Source of the DNA: Squalus acanthias
Lineage: Eukaryota
Length of the DNA stretch: 64,000 bases
Direction of reading: 5' to 3'
NCBI GenBank assembly: GCA_030390025.1
Contig: CM059433.1
Location: 17,424,001 to 17,488,000 of the forward strand
The number at the start of each line of letters is the position of its first letter. Within the stretch, counting starts at the first letter, position 1. The notes beneath the pieces were generated by a model that did not search any database, had not been told where the DNA came from, and was given only the letters and a program-made list of their open reading frames with translations. Below are positions 39,421-52,049 of the stretch, piece by piece. The translations under genes were made by a program, and so were the position numbers.

Positions 39421-40527
39421 ATGTAAAGCTGTGCCTTTTATTGGGACTTGCACCTGCCGGCAAGATCAACTGGCACTGGAACAGCTAATCGTGTAGCTAG
39501 TCTGCTGACATTTCTGGCTGACAGCAGGATAAGGTCGGGTTCTGCCTGGGAGCAAGGTAAGGTAAGGTCACATCACGCCTGAGAATGGGGACAAGCCTAT
39601 ACTAGAAGGAGGTTCATACAATGCAGTGAGACTATAAACATATTTCAGATAGCAAGCGTCATATCAATTTATGCAATCTTATGTACAATTACATAATTTG
39701 ATATATTTAGATTTATATGTGTCGCACATATTTATACAATTTTATTTTCTAATGTTTATATATATTTTTAATAATTATATATAATCTGATGCGTACATTT
39801 GTGATACTTATCTATTCAATTTCTAATTTTAATGGTGGATGAGGCACAGATATATGTACTTAATTATTCTGTTTTTTTACATCTATAGAGCAGAAGTTGG
39901 CACGATGTGGATTTATGATATATTTCAGTTCATAAAGAGTATAATTAGTAATGAAATAGTCACTAAAATTCTTAAACATTCATACGGCAACAGAACCAGA
40001 TGGAATCTGTCCAAGAATACTTAAGAAATTGAGATTAGATGTCTGATGAAGTGTGATTCAAAATTTGCACAGCTCATTATATGTAGGGGTCGTTCCAGAT
40101 GAACTTTAAAATTGGAACATCAGCTACTTCCCAGAAAGATTAAAAAATGTGAACTAGGAATTATAGACCCATTAGTCTGACAGCTTTACTGGGAGCAAAT
40201 ATTGAAGTTTATTATAAAAGAGGCAGTTCAAGAGCAAGATTAGGGAATCTATGCCAGTATAGCTGTATGAAGGACAGGCCATGGCCAACACATTTATTGG
40301 TGGATGAATTTGATATGGTGTATTTGATATATCTTGACTTTCAGAAGACAGTTGAGGTCATTCACAAGAAACGAGCAGCTGAAATGAAAGCTCTTGGAAT
40401 AATAGATTGCATGAATAATAGAGACGAAAACTTGTGACCAACACATTTTCTGTTGGCCAGCTTTGTACTCCATGGGTCAGTCTTACTGTTTATGGATGTT
40501 TAGATATGGAGCTAATGAAGACTTTAA

Positions 40528-41104
40528 GGGGGCAAAATTCGGTTGCTTTGTGCCTCCTGTTAGCGCCCGGCCGCAAACTTGGGTCGCGCCCCCTGACGTA
40601 CCGCCGGACGCTACATCCGACAGGGTCAGGGGGGCGTTCTTGCGGCCGGGGCGGCAATAATTAAAGGGCAGGTGCCGGGCGGCCATTTTTTTTGTGGGCC
40701 GCCTGCCAGCACTTGCCCCCTCTGCCCGCCTACTGCAGGGGTGCCGGCCGCGATCAGTCAGCCCGGCACTCCTCTTGAGTGCCGGGCTCTTTTGCCGGCA
40801 CCCCGTTCCCCGGTGGTCCAGCAGGGCCCCGGTTCGCGCTGCGCTAGGCCCCGCCCCTTTAATAAGGGGAGGGAGGCCTGCAGTACCGCGGCGCTACGTG
40901 CTGGCGTGTGTCGCTGCTGCACGTAGCGCTGCGATATTGAACTGGAGCACCCCAAGAGTGAGGGGGAGCGCTTCCAGTAGTGCCCTGCCTCCTGCTTGGG
41001 GTGCTGCCATTCAATTTCGGGCGCGGGGGTGATAACTTTTTCGGGGCGCTAAAAGCAGCGACTAAGTTATTGCCCCAAAGGGGGCGCGAGCCAATTTTTG
41101 CCCC
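40528..41104. mobile_element. GC-rich Harbinger-type MITE (family of 13622)
   Basis: TIR gggggcaaaatt / aatttttgcccc and TSD TAA. Shares internal blocks with the 13622 copy. Confidence 0.9.
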
Positions 41105-41244
41105 TAAAGCTTAATCTCCCAAGTTGCAACAGATGATAACCAAATTGTGTTGGAAAGAAGAGGTTCAGAGGAAAAAAAGATGTTAATGCTCAAAGAAATC
41201 TACAGGGGCTTAGCAACTGAACAGATGAATCACAAAGAACGGAA

Positions 41245-41600
41245 GAAAGACTTGCACTTGTATAACACCTTTCATGATTTCAGGACGTCCCAAAGTGCTT
41301 CACAACTAATTAAGTACTTTTGAAATGTAGTCACTGTTGTAATGTAGGAAACACAGCAGCCAATTTGCACACAGCAAGCTCCCACAAACAGCAATATGAT
41401 AATGGCGAGATGATCTGTCTTTTTTTTATTGATGTTGGTTGAGGGATAAATATTGGCCAGGACACCAGGGAGAACTCCCCTGCTCTTCTTCAGAATAGTG
41501 GCATGGGATGTTCTATGTCCACCTGAGAGAGCAGTTGGGGCCTCGGTTTAACGTCTCATCTGAAAGACAGCACTCCCTCAGTGCTGTCTGTCAGCCTATC
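41245..41600 (-). mobile_element. DeuSINE-like SINE (SacSINE1/AmnSINE1-type)
   Basis: Deu-domain-like gatgagacgttaaaccgaggcccc..ctcaggtggac..gtgtcctggccaatattt and tail aagtgcaagtctttct. Confidence 0.75.
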
Positions 41601-42600
41601 ACGTGCTGCAAGGGAGAATTCTCAGTCTTGCAATAGGTTTTGCCAGATCACGAATTTTTATGTTGAGTGAAGCGACATCATTCGGTGGAACTGGAGTCAG
41701 AACTGGCAGTGAGAGGGAGTGCCCCACTGTGAACTGGGAGGAGGAGTTAAAGGGGAAGAATGCTTCGATGAACTGAGGTGCGGGCGAAGATAACTTCTGC
41801 GAAATGGGGAGGGGGGTGGTTAGAGGGGACAAGTACTTAAGCACTGGAGTGTAGTTAGAGAGGAAGAATGTCTCTTTAAACTCGGCAGATGGAAACAGGG
41901 CCAGACTGCCTCTGTAAACTGATAGGAGTTGGGGGGAAGCATACAGCTATGAACTAGGAGGGAGTGCGTGAAGGGGGAGAAAGTGCCTCTGTGAAAGGGT
42001 GGGGAATGCTTCGAAGAAGAGAGAGTGACACTTCAGGTAGCTTCTGGGGAAATAATGATCTGGTTAATCTGTCGAATATGAAAAAAACTAAATGTAACTT
42101 ATTTCTCCAACACTGTTTTTAGATTAAAAGTCCATCAAATGTGAAGTTAAGCATTAACCAGAATGCACTATCAAACCTCCAATTTTTCCAGGGGTGTATG
42201 AACCCCTTAGAATGCACACGTGTGTGGGAGCAACACTTGAAAGGAGTGTGCACAATTCTAAATGTGCTCCCTATGCCCCTGTCCATAGCTCAATAACTGG
42301 CAACATGAGATCATCTGTGTTGCTTTTCTCAGAATTCTCTTCACTTTGTATCTCTGCATAAGTAATGATGCACTCAAAGGGAAATTGGATCAATTCCCAA
42401 CTTAGCAGCGAGCAGCTGAATATGGGCTTGAGGTAGGAAAATGGTCAGACTGAATTGTGAAATAGGACCTGGGTGACAGAAGGAACTCTGTGGCCTTTTC
42501 ATACTCCTGCACTCTTAGCATCAACAATCTGCCAAGTAATTTTTTTTAGTATGTATTTTTCAAAGTCATTTAAAAGCTGAATAGCTGCTGCCCTGCCATA

Positions 42601-43446
42601 GGGCTGGATTTTGCCAGCCCTGGGGAGGCGGGTATGGAGGCGGGACTGCCGGGAAAATGGCAGAATCTGGGGGCGGGTGCCCATCCCGCCCCCAACCCGC
42701 CTCCGTGCCATCTTCCCAGGAGGCGGGTAGCCGACCCGCGCTGGGTCCCATCTCCTGGAGGCGGGAAGGGGATTACAGCCACTCAACTGCCGGTTAACAG
42801 GTAGTTAACAGGCAGTTAAGAGGATTATCCCCATTTTTCCACCAGAGGCGCGGGCTTCCCGACGTCAGGAAACCCCGCCAGGGTCAGCGATGCGAGCAGT
42901 GGGTCTGCGGGGGTCGGAGGGGTGCAAAAGTGCGATGTGGAGGTGAGTGATGGGTGCAAGTGCGGAGAGGTAAGTATGTGAGGTGAGTGAAAAGTGATAG
43001 AAAATGTTTACTTACCTTTGTTTCTTCCTGCAGGCTTCAACAGTTGGGGATCCGGAGACTCTCGCATCTCACCGGCAGAGATGACAGAATGGCTGCTGCA
43101 TTCTCCGATGCAACAGCCATCTGACTCCTGCTCACAAAAGAGGTTTGATGAGTCTTGAATACAAGGACTCATCAAACAACAGAGAATGTCAGTGTTTGAC
43201 AGCTTCACAGAGCTGTCAAACGATGACAATTCATCTGTGAAAAATTTTTGACAGATGAAACGTCATACGCTGACATTCTCTGTAACCGGCTTCCACTTAA
43301 TTGGCCTGCTGAGCCCACTGGGCGGGCTTAACAAGGTCAATCAAGGGAAAATAGCGTGGGTTGGCCACAAGTCGATGGAGGCGGGACTAAAACCCGACAA
43401 GCAGCAGTCCCGCCTCCAACGCGCCCCCATTGGCAAAATCACCCCC
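42601..43446. mobile_element. Non-autonomous Harbinger element
   Basis: TIR gggctggatttt / aaaatcaccccc and TSD ATA (42598-42600, 43447-43449). Ends resemble the 14913 Harbinger and the 8615/19034 MITEs (inverted). Confidence 0.92.
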
Positions 43447-44118
43447 ATAGTTACTGTTTTGCAGGTGGCTAGACTGTTCTGCACCAGATGCACAATGACC
43501 GTTATGTTTCAGGCGCTGTGTTACTTAAAAGATATGTATCGCAAAATTATTAATGCGGTGTAAACCCCAAGTGGCACTGATCGCATAACTCACACGGTCC
43601 ATTGACACAAACGCTCTACAGAAGTGTTTTATTTTGCTTGAACCAGTCGTGTCCAATGTTTATGGCACATGTTTGTTCAATGCAATTTTTGCAATTTGTT
43701 CATATGTTCTTTTGGGATAGACAGGCCTGTGTGGATTTATTGAGAGTCTGTAGAGCAAATCACACAACGATTGTGTGTAAAGTTGTCCAGAATTAGTGAA
43801 AACCGGTAAAACAAAATTAATCAGATGGTTGATCAAAATAAGATAAATGAAAAATGCCATTCAGGATCAGGTAGTTTAGACTTACTGGATCTGAACAGTT
43901 TTCTTTTAAACAAAATAAAGTCCCGGTAGTGGCTTGATGCAGGTGCAGCCCATGCATGTAAATCACACATGTTGTGTACAGTAATGGCACAGTGGGCTCA
44001 TTATCACTTCTGTCATTCTAGCTCAAGGGACTCAAGACTAGTAATTGCCTCATTATTTACAATTTTTTATCATTTTAACTTATTTTCTTCCTTCCCTGGC
44101 CAAGGTGATGATCTGGAG

Positions 44119-44683
44119 TAAAAACAGAAAATGCTGGAAATCCTCAGCAGGTCAGGCAGCATCTGTGGAGAGAGAAACAGAGTTAACGTTTCAGGTCAAT
44201 GACCCTTCGTCAGAACTAGAAAAAGTTGGAGATGTAACAGGTTTTAAGCAAGTACAGAGGCAGCATAAAGGTGCGGGGGGGGGGGTGGGTGGGGTGGGCG
44301 GTGGTTGGAATGGGGAAGAAAGAACAAAAGGGAAGGTCTGTGATAGGGTGGAAGGCAGGAGAGATTAAATGACAAAAGGGATGATGAGACAAGGCAAAGG
44401 GGGATAGTAATGGAACAAGAAAAGAAACATAAGATGGGTCTAGGACAGCTGTAAATGGTGTAAAAAAGCACCTGCTGTCCGAAAAAATAGAAGCAGCGGT
44501 TATGATCTGAAATTATTAAACTCAGTCTTGAGTCTGGAAGGCTGTAAAGTGCCTAATCAAAAGATGAGGTACTGTTCCCTGTTTCTCTCTCCACAGATGC
44601 TGCCTGACCTGCTGAGCATTAACAGCATTTTCTGTTTTTATTTCAGATTTCCAGCATCCGCAGTATTTTTTGCTTTTGTATTA
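44119..44683. mobile_element. Penelope-like element (family B) with inverted termini
   Basis: 14-bp TSD gtgatgatctggag (44105-44118, 44684-44697). A minus-strand pLTR plus GIY-YIG tail (LGTLQPSRLKTEFNNFRS*) is followed by a plus-strand pLTR end. Confidence 0.85.
44181..44217 (-). ncRNA. Minimal type I hammerhead ribozyme (family B)
   Basis: AGUU-CUGACGA-A-GGGUC(att)GACCU-GAA-ACGU-U-AACU. Confidence 0.8.
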
Positions 44684-45295
44684 GTGATGATCTGGAGGTC
44701 TGTTCCACGACTGGTGCTCTTTAGAAAGTTTGTGAGGTTGATCGAAAGATTCGGCACTTTACAGCCTTCTGGACTCAACATTGAGCTCAACAATTTCAGA
44801 TCATAACCACTGCGACCATTTTTTCAGACAGCAGGTGCTGGTAATGGTTCTGCTGTTGTCATTTACAGCTCCTCTAAACCCATCGATTATTTCTTTTCTT
44901 TTAGGTAACTCGTTAATGGGCCAGAATTTGCCCAGTTAATTAGACTTGTTCCTGTAGCCTCAAATCTTTTTTTTGCCCTGTAAATTGCTGGAAGTGTGAG
45001 CAGATAACGGTGCGGCGAGGGCAATGGAGCATCTGGGACATTGGTGAATGATGGGACCAACAGTCTATCTCCTTAACCAATGAGGTTAAAGGATTGAGAA
45101 ATAAACAGAGGAAGGACTGAGAAGGAGGGTGAATTAGAGTGGGTGAATTCAATGTCAATCAGGTACAGAAAGAGAAATAAAGAGGGGGAAAGAAAGATTG
45201 GATTAAAAGAGAGAGAGAGAGAAAAACGAGACAGAAAGGAAAAGTAAGAAAACATTTTATTTTGATATTCTTTAAATCTCCAACAACAATTCATA

Positions 45296-48200
45296 AACAA
45301 AGCATATTTGAAAGTTCTCTATCTGAATGCACGTAGCATTCGTAACAAAATAAACGAGTTAATGGCACAAATAACTACATATGGTTATGATATTGTGGCC
45401 ATTACAGAAACATGGCTGCAGGGTGACAATGCCTGGGAATTAAACATACCAGGTTATTTAACGATCAGGAAGGACAGGCAGGAAGGAAGGGGAGGTGGGG
45501 TGGCTATGTTAATAAAGGAAGGAATCACTGTAATACAGAGTAATGATATTGGGTCAAAAAATCATGATAATGAAACAGTTTGGGTGGAGATAAGGAATAA
45601 TAAGGGGAAAAAAACATTAGTGGGCGTAGTCTATAGGCCTCCGAACAGTTGCAACTCTATTGGACGGAGTATCAATCAGGAAATAGTTGAGGCATGTAAT
45701 AAGGGAACATCTATAATTATGGGGGATTTTAACTATCATATTAATTGGACAAATCAAATGGGGCAGGGCTGCCTTGAGGATGAGTTCATTGAGTGTATTA
45801 GGGATGGGTTTCTTGAGCAGTATGTAACTGAACCGACCAGGGGGCAAGCAACCTTAGATCTGGTCCTGTGTAACGAGACAGGATTAATTAAAAATGTCCT
45901 AGTAAAGGATCCCCTTGGAATGAGTGACCATAACATGGTTGAATTCCATATTCAATTAGAGGGTGAGAAGGTTGGATCTCAAACAAGCGTGCTAAGCTTG
46001 AATAAAGGAGACTATGAAGGTATGCGAGCGGAATTGAGTAGAGTGGATTGGGAAAATAGATTAAATGGTAAGACGACACATGATCAGTGGTGTACATTCA
46101 AGGAGTTATTTTACAACTTCCAAAAAAAATATATTCCACTGAAAAAAAAAGGGTGTAAAAGAAAGGACAGTCATCCGTGGCTAAGTAAAGAAATTAAGGA
46201 TAGTATTCGACTAAAAACAAGGGCATATAAGGTAGCGAAATCTAGTGGGAGGACAGAGGATTGGGAAAACTTTAAAAGGCAGCAAAAAATAACAAAAAGA
46301 TTGATTAAGAAAGGGAAGATAGATTATGAAAGTAAATTAGCAAAAAATATAAAAACAGATAGTAAGAGTTTTTATAGTTATATAAAAAGAAAAAGGGTGG
46401 CTAAAGTAAATGTTGGTCCCTTAGAGGATGAGACCGGGAAATTAATGGTGGGAAATATGGAGATGGCAAAAACACTAAATGATTATTTTGTATCAGTCTT
46501 TACAGTAGAGGACACTAAGAATATCCCAACACTGGACAAACAGGGGGCTATAGGGGGAGAGGAGCTAAACACGATCAAAATCACTAAGGAAGTGGTACTC
46601 GGTAAAATAATGGGACTCAAGGCGGATAAATCACCTGGACCTGATGGCTTACATCCTAGAGTCTTGAAGGAAGTGGCGGTAGGGATTGTAGATGCATTGG
46701 TAATAATTTTTCAAAACTCCCTGGATTCCGCTAAGGTCCCGGCAGACTGGAAAACTGCTAATGTAACACCCTTATTTAAAAAGGGCAGTAGACAGAAGGC
46801 TGGTAACTATAGACCGGTTAGCCTAACATCTGTGGTAGGTAAAATTTTGGAGTCCATTATTAAGGAAACAGTAACAAGACATTTGGATAATCATAATTTA
46901 ATAGGACAAAGTCAGCATGGTTTTACGAAGGGGAAGTCATGTTTGACAAATTTGCTGGAGTTCTTTGAGGAAGTAACATATAGAGTGGATAAAGGGGAAC
47001 CAGTGGACGTAGTGTATTTAGACTTCCAAAAGGCATTTGACAAGGTGCCACACAAAAGATTATTGCTTAAGGTAAAAAATCACGGGATTGGGGGTAATAT
47101 TCTGGCATGGATAGAGGATTGGCTATCTAACAGAAAGCAAAGAGTTGGGATAAATGGTTCATTCTCAGACTGGCAATCAGTAACTAGTGGTGTTCCACAG
47201 GGGTCAGTGCTGGGTCCCCAACTCTTCACAATCTATATTAACGATTTGGAGGAAGGGACCAAGTGTAACATATCAAAATTTGCAGATGATACAAAGATGG
47301 GAGGGAAAGTAGTGAGTGAGGAGGACATAAAAAACCTGCAAGGGGACATAGACAGGCTAAGTAAGTGGGCAGAGATTTGGCAGATGGAATACAGCACTGG
47401 AAAGTGTGAGGTGATGCACTTTGGCAGGAAAAATCCTAGAGCAATTTATTATCTTAATGGCAAGAAACTGGAGAGTACTGAAGTGCAAAGGGATCTGGGG
47501 GTCCTGGTGCACGAAACTCAAAAGGTTAGTATGCAGGTGCAGCAAGTGATTAAGAAGGCAAATGGAATGTTGGCTTTCATTGCTAGGGGGATAGAATATA
47601 AAAATAGGGAGGTATTGCTTCAGTTGTACAAGGTATTGGTGAGACCGCACCTGGAATACTGCATACAGTTTTGGTGTCCTTACTTAAGGAAAGACATCCT
47701 TGCTCTCGAGGCAGTGCAAAAAAGGTTCACTCGGTTAATCCCGGAGATGAGGGGGTGGTCATATGAGGAGAGGTTGGGTAGATTGGGACTCTACTCATTG
47801 GAGTTCAGAAGAATGAGAGGCGATCTTATTGAAACATATAAGATTGTGAAGGGGTTGGATCGGGTGGATGCGGGGAGGATGTTCCCGATGACGGGTGAGA
47901 CGAGAACTAGGGGACATAGTCTTAGAATAAGGGGCTGCTCTTTCAAAACTGAGATGAGGAGGAACTACTTCACTCAGAGGGTGGTAGGTCCATGGAATAT
48001 GCTGCCACAAAAAGCTGTAGAAGCTACAACATTAATTAAATTTAAAACAGAAATAGACAGTTTCCTAGAAGTAAAGGGCATTAAGGGTTACGGGGAGCGG
48101 GCAGGAATTTGGACATGAGTCTAGGTTCGGATCGGTCATGGCCCTGTGGGTAGTGGAGCGGGCCCAGGGACTGTGTAGCCTGATTCTGCTCCTATTTCGT

Positions 48201-48355
48201 GTGTGCAATTCTGTTAGATGCAGGAGATGTTTCTGTGATAGATAGTAGATTGGCGGTTAGGATCAGATCAGCCATGATCTTATTGAATGGCGGAGCAGGC
48301 TCGATGGGCCGATTGGCCTACTCCTGCTCCTATTTCTTATGTTCTTATGTTCTTA
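45296..48355 (+). mobile_element. CR1 LINE truncated just upstream of ORF2, with duplicated 3' end
   Basis: Open 936-codon ORF2 plus 3'UTR, with tail ttcttatgttcttatgttcttat. Confidence 0.95.
45308..48118 (+). CDS. CR1 ORF2: APE endonuclease + reverse transcriptase (uninterrupted; non-AUG start in the ORF track)
   Basis: [53 protein letters not shown]. Confidence 0.93.
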   Translation: MKVLYLNARSIRNKINELMAQITTYGYDIVAITETWLQGDNAWELNIPGYLTIRKDRQEGRGGGVAMLIKEGITVIQSNDIGSKNHDNETVWVEIRNNKGKKTLVGVVYRPPNSCNSIGRSINQEIVEACNKGTSIIMGDFNYHINWTNQMGQGCLEDEFIECIRDGFLEQYVTEPTRGQATLDLVLCNETGLIKNVLVKDPLGMSDHNMVEFHIQLEGEKVGSQTSVLSLNKGDYEGMRAELSRVDWENRLNGKTTHDQWCTFKELFYNFQKKYIPLKKKGCKRKDSHPWLSKEIKDSIRLKTRAYKVAKSSGRTEDWENFKRQQKITKRLIKKGKIDYESKLAKNIKTDSKSFYSYIKRKRVAKVNVGPLEDETGKLMVGNMEMAKTLNDYFVSVFTVEDTKNIPTLDKQGAIGGEELNTIKITKEVVLGKIMGLKADKSPGPDGLHPRVLKEVAVGIVDALVIIFQNSLDSAKVPADWKTANVTPLFKKGSRQKAGNYRPVSLTSVVGKILESIIKETVTRHLDNHNLIGQSQHGFTKGKSCLTNLLEFFEEVTYRVDKGEPVDVVYLDFQKAFDKVPHKRLLLKVKNHGIGGNILAWIEDWLSNRKQRVGINGSFSDWQSVTSGVPQGSVLGPQLFTIYINDLEEGTKCNISKFADDTKMGGKVVSEEDIKNLQGDIDRLSKWAEIWQMEYSTGKCEVMHFGRKNPRAIYYLNGKKLESTEVQRDLGVLVHETQKVSMQVQQVIKKANGMLAFIARGIEYKNREVLLQLYKVLVRPHLEYCIQFWCPYLRKDILALEAVQKRFTRLIPEMRGWSYEERLGRLGLYSLEFRRMRGDLIETYKIVKGLDRVDAGRMFPMTGETRTRGHSLRIRGCSFKTEMRRNYFTQRVVGPWNMLPQKAVEATTLIKFKTEIDSFLEVKGIKGYGERAGIWT

Positions 48356-48560
48356 TTACCACATTTAATTGTTCACTTTCTGGGCAAGTGAGGTTGATTG
48401 GCAGTTATTATCAATTATCAAATCGTTAAAAGGGTATTTACACTAATTACTAGACTTAACTTTCTGTGATGAGTTTAATGGGCAATTAATGTGCAAATGC
48501 AGGAACTTCATGAAACTCATGGAGAGGTTAAGGGTGAGATGCCGTTTTTGTGAAGCTAAT

Positions 48561-49525
48561 TACATAGATTACATAGATTACATAGAAGATAGGAGCAGGA
48601 GTAGGCCATCCGGCCCTTCGAGCCTGCTCCGCCATTTAATGAGATCATGGCTGATCCTCCAATTCAGTATCCCGTCCCCGCCTTCTCTCCGTAACCCTTA
48701 ACCCCTTTTGCCTGTAGAAATATATCTAATTCCCTCTTAAATATATTTAATGAGCTGGCGTACACTGCCCTCTGTGGCAATGAGTTCCACAGGTTCACCA
48801 CCCTCTGAGTGAAGAAATTCCCCCTCATTTCTGTCCTAAATGGTTTAGCCCTTATCCTTAAATTATGTCCTCTAGTTCTGTTCTCACCCGCCAAGGGAAA
48901 CATTCCTTCTGCATCTAGTCTGTCTAGACCTGTCAGAATTTTATACACTTCTATGAGGTCCCCTCTCAATCTTCTAAACTCCAGTGTGTACATCCCTAAA
49001 CTACATAGTCTCTCCTCATAGGTCAATCCCGCCATTCCTGGTATCAGCCTGGTGAATCGCCGCTGCACCCCCTCCATGGCAAGAACATCTTTCCTCAGAT
49101 GAGGCGACCAAAACTGTACACAGTACTCGAGGTGTGGTCTCACCAGTGCCCTGTACAGCTGCAGCAAGGTATCCCTGTTCCTGTATTCCAACCCTTTTGC
49201 TATGAAGGCCAGCATACCGTTTGCCTTCTTGACCGCCTGTTGCACCTGCATGCTCGCCTTCAGTGACTGGTGTACAAGAACACCCAGGTCTCTCTGTACT
49301 TCCCCCTCTCCCAATTTATTGCCATTTAAATAATAATTTGCCCTCCCGTTCCTGCACCCAAGGTGGATAACTTCGCACTTGTCCACATTATAGTGCATCT
49401 GCCATTTATCCGCCCAATCACCCAGTCTGTCCAAATCGCTCTGGAGCTTCCTGGTCTCCTTCCTGGTCTCCTCCTCTGAGCCCACCCCCCCTCCTAGTTT
49501 AGTGTCGTCTGCAAATTTGGAAATG
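48561..49525 (-). mobile_element. Young 5'-truncated CR1, near-identical to 62818-63764
   Basis: The encoded protein is identical except for about 2 residues and a 12-bp duplication (49447-49470). Confidence 0.95.
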
Positions 49526-49691
49526 GTGGAGCGGCACAAATAATTCAGCAAATTGTGGTGATTCGCAATTCACGGGGTATCTCTTCCTCGCCACAAGTTG
49601 CTGGGCAATTTACACATTAATAACAACATATGTCATTCAGATGTCATTACTTTTTCAACAAATTCTGGACCCATCTTTTGTGTCTTTGGAT

Positions 49692-51185
49692 GAAATAAGA
49701 ACATAAGAAATAAGAGCAGGAGTAGGCCATACGGCCCCTCGAGCCTGCTCCACCATTCAATAAGATCATGGCGGTTCATTGACCTCAACTCCACTTTCCC
49801 GCCTGATCTCCATATCCATTGATTCCCCTAGAGTCCAAAAATCTATCTATCTCAGCTTTGAATATGCTCAAAGACTCAGCATTCATAGCCCTCTGGGGCA
49901 GAGAATTCCAAAGATTGACAACCCTCTGAGTGAAGAAATTCCTCCTCATCTCAGTCTTAAATGACCAACCCCTTATCTGGAGACTATGCCCCCTAGTTCT
50001 AGACACTCAGCCAGGGGAAACAACCTCTCAGCATCTACCCTGTCAATCCCCTTCAGAATCTTGTATGTTTCAATGAGATCACCTCTCATTCTTCTAAACT
50101 CCAGAGAGTATAGGCCCATTCTACACAATCTCTCATCATAGGACAGCCCTCTCATCCCAGGAATCAATCTAGTGAACCTTCGTTGCACCACCTCCAAGAC
50201 AAGTATATGCTTCCTTAGATAAAGAGAGCAAAACTGTGCACAGTACTCCAGGTGAGGTCTCACCTGTACAATTGTAGCAAGACTTCCTTACTCTTATACT
50301 CCAACCCCCTTGCAATAAAGGCCAACATTCCATTTGCCTTCCTTATTGCTTGCTGTACCTGCATGCTAGCTTTCTGTATTTCTTGCATGAGGACACCCAA
50401 ATCTCTCTGAACACCAACATTTGAAAGTTTCTCACCATTTTAAAAATATTCTGTTTTTCTATTCTTCCTAACAAAGTGAATAACCTCACATTTCCCTACA
50501 TTATACTCCATCTGCCACCTTATTGCCCACTCACTTTAGTCTATCTATAACCCTTTGCAGACTCTGTGATCTCCGAAGAGCTTACTGTCCCACCTAGCTT
50601 TGTATCGTCACCAAACTTGGATACATTACACTCGGTCCCTTCATCTAAGTCATTATTACAGATTGTAAATAGCTGAGGCCCCAACACTGATCCTTGCGGC
50701 ACCCCACTAGTTACAGCTTGCCAACCTGAAAAAGACCCGTTTATCCCTACTCTCTGTTTTCTGTCCGTTAACCAATCCTCTATCCATGCTACTATATTAC
50801 CTCCAACCCCATGAGCCCTTATATTGTGTAATAACCTTTTATGTGGCACCTTATCGAATGCCTTTTGGAAATCCAAATATACTACATCCACTGGTTCCCC
50901 TTTATCTACCCTGCTAGTTACATCCTCAAAAAAACTCTAATAAATTTGTCAAACACGATTTCCCTTTCAGTAAACCATTTGACTCCGCCTAATCATGTTA
51001 TGATTTTCGAAGTGCCCTGATACCACTTCCTTAACAATGGATTCCAGCATTTTCCCAATGACTGATGTCAGGCTAACTGGCCTGTAGTTCCCTGTTTTCT
51101 CTCTCCCTCCTTTCTTGAATAGCAATGTTACATTTGCTACCTTCCAATCTGCTGGGACCATTTCAGAATCTAGGGCATTTTGGCT
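49692..51185 (-). mobile_element. Decayed 5'-truncated CR1
   Basis: RT fragments in ORFs 50967-51308, 50541-50891, 49973-50263 and 49785-50006; tail at ~49692. Confidence 0.92.
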
Positions 51186-51685
51186 AATGTTAAATTTTTG
51201 CACATGCATTTTGTTGCCATCCATTAATGGCAACAGTTGGCATGACAAAGTCTGCATGTAATGACATAAATCGTGCAGCAACACATCATTGTAGGATTTT
51301 TTTGCCACTTCCAGAACTGGACAGGAGCCGAATAAATGCGGGCCAAAGTTGAGAATGTGGGTGTCGTTCTGACATTTGCTTTGCTGAGTAAAAATCTTAA
51401 CATCCTTAAATAATGAGTGTATTTACATCATGAGTCACAGAAGGGTGAGGGGAGTAAAGGAGGTATTGGAGATCTGATGATGCCTGTGTAACCAGACCCC
51501 AGCATTAATCGGGAGCGGAGAGAAGAGAAAACTGGAGGCAAAATTAACACTTAATCCCTTTGGGATGTCTCCGTGCTCCTTTTCCAAAGAATTAGCTTAT
51601 AGAAAACCAAATGTCACAATCCCGAAATTAAGATTAAATTTATCACAGTGCCTACTCTGTCTCTGTTTTTCTTCCCCTCCCCCTC

Positions 51686-51717
<32 letters not shown>

Positions 51718-52049
51718 CCCCCACTCCCTTGCCTTTTCCTGCCTACCACCCCGCACAGCGTCTCTCACTATGGCTGCATTTGGGCACTTCAGTGACAATT
51801 AGGCTCACGAATGGCACGTCTCTCTCTGCAGAGCTGGTTCAATGGCATCATTTTTTTCCCTGGTGGGGAGCTAAATTTTCACCCTTGCTGGCTGACTCAC
51901 TTGTGAAACATTTTGTGCTGAAACATTCCTGTGAATTTCACACTTCATCTCCCCCTGAGGTGATTTTCAAGTTGCCGCAGTTCACCTGAAGCAATAAAGA
52001 GTGTTAATGGGCCCTCCGCACTTGGAATAATCCTACTAAAATTTAGGAA

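Larger units (their letters stand above)
44918..49672. mobile_element. Harbinger-type MITE split by two CR1 insertions
   Basis: TIR gggccagaatttg / caaattctggaccc. Pieces 44918-45295, 48356-48560 and 49526-49672 are collinear with the reverse complement of 58242-59251. Confidence 0.75.

Noticed and set aside
48121..48206. ADAR-type A-to-G hypermutation of the inner 3' end copy
   Set aside because: A-to-G changes are only a minority of the differences, and ordinary divergence explains them.
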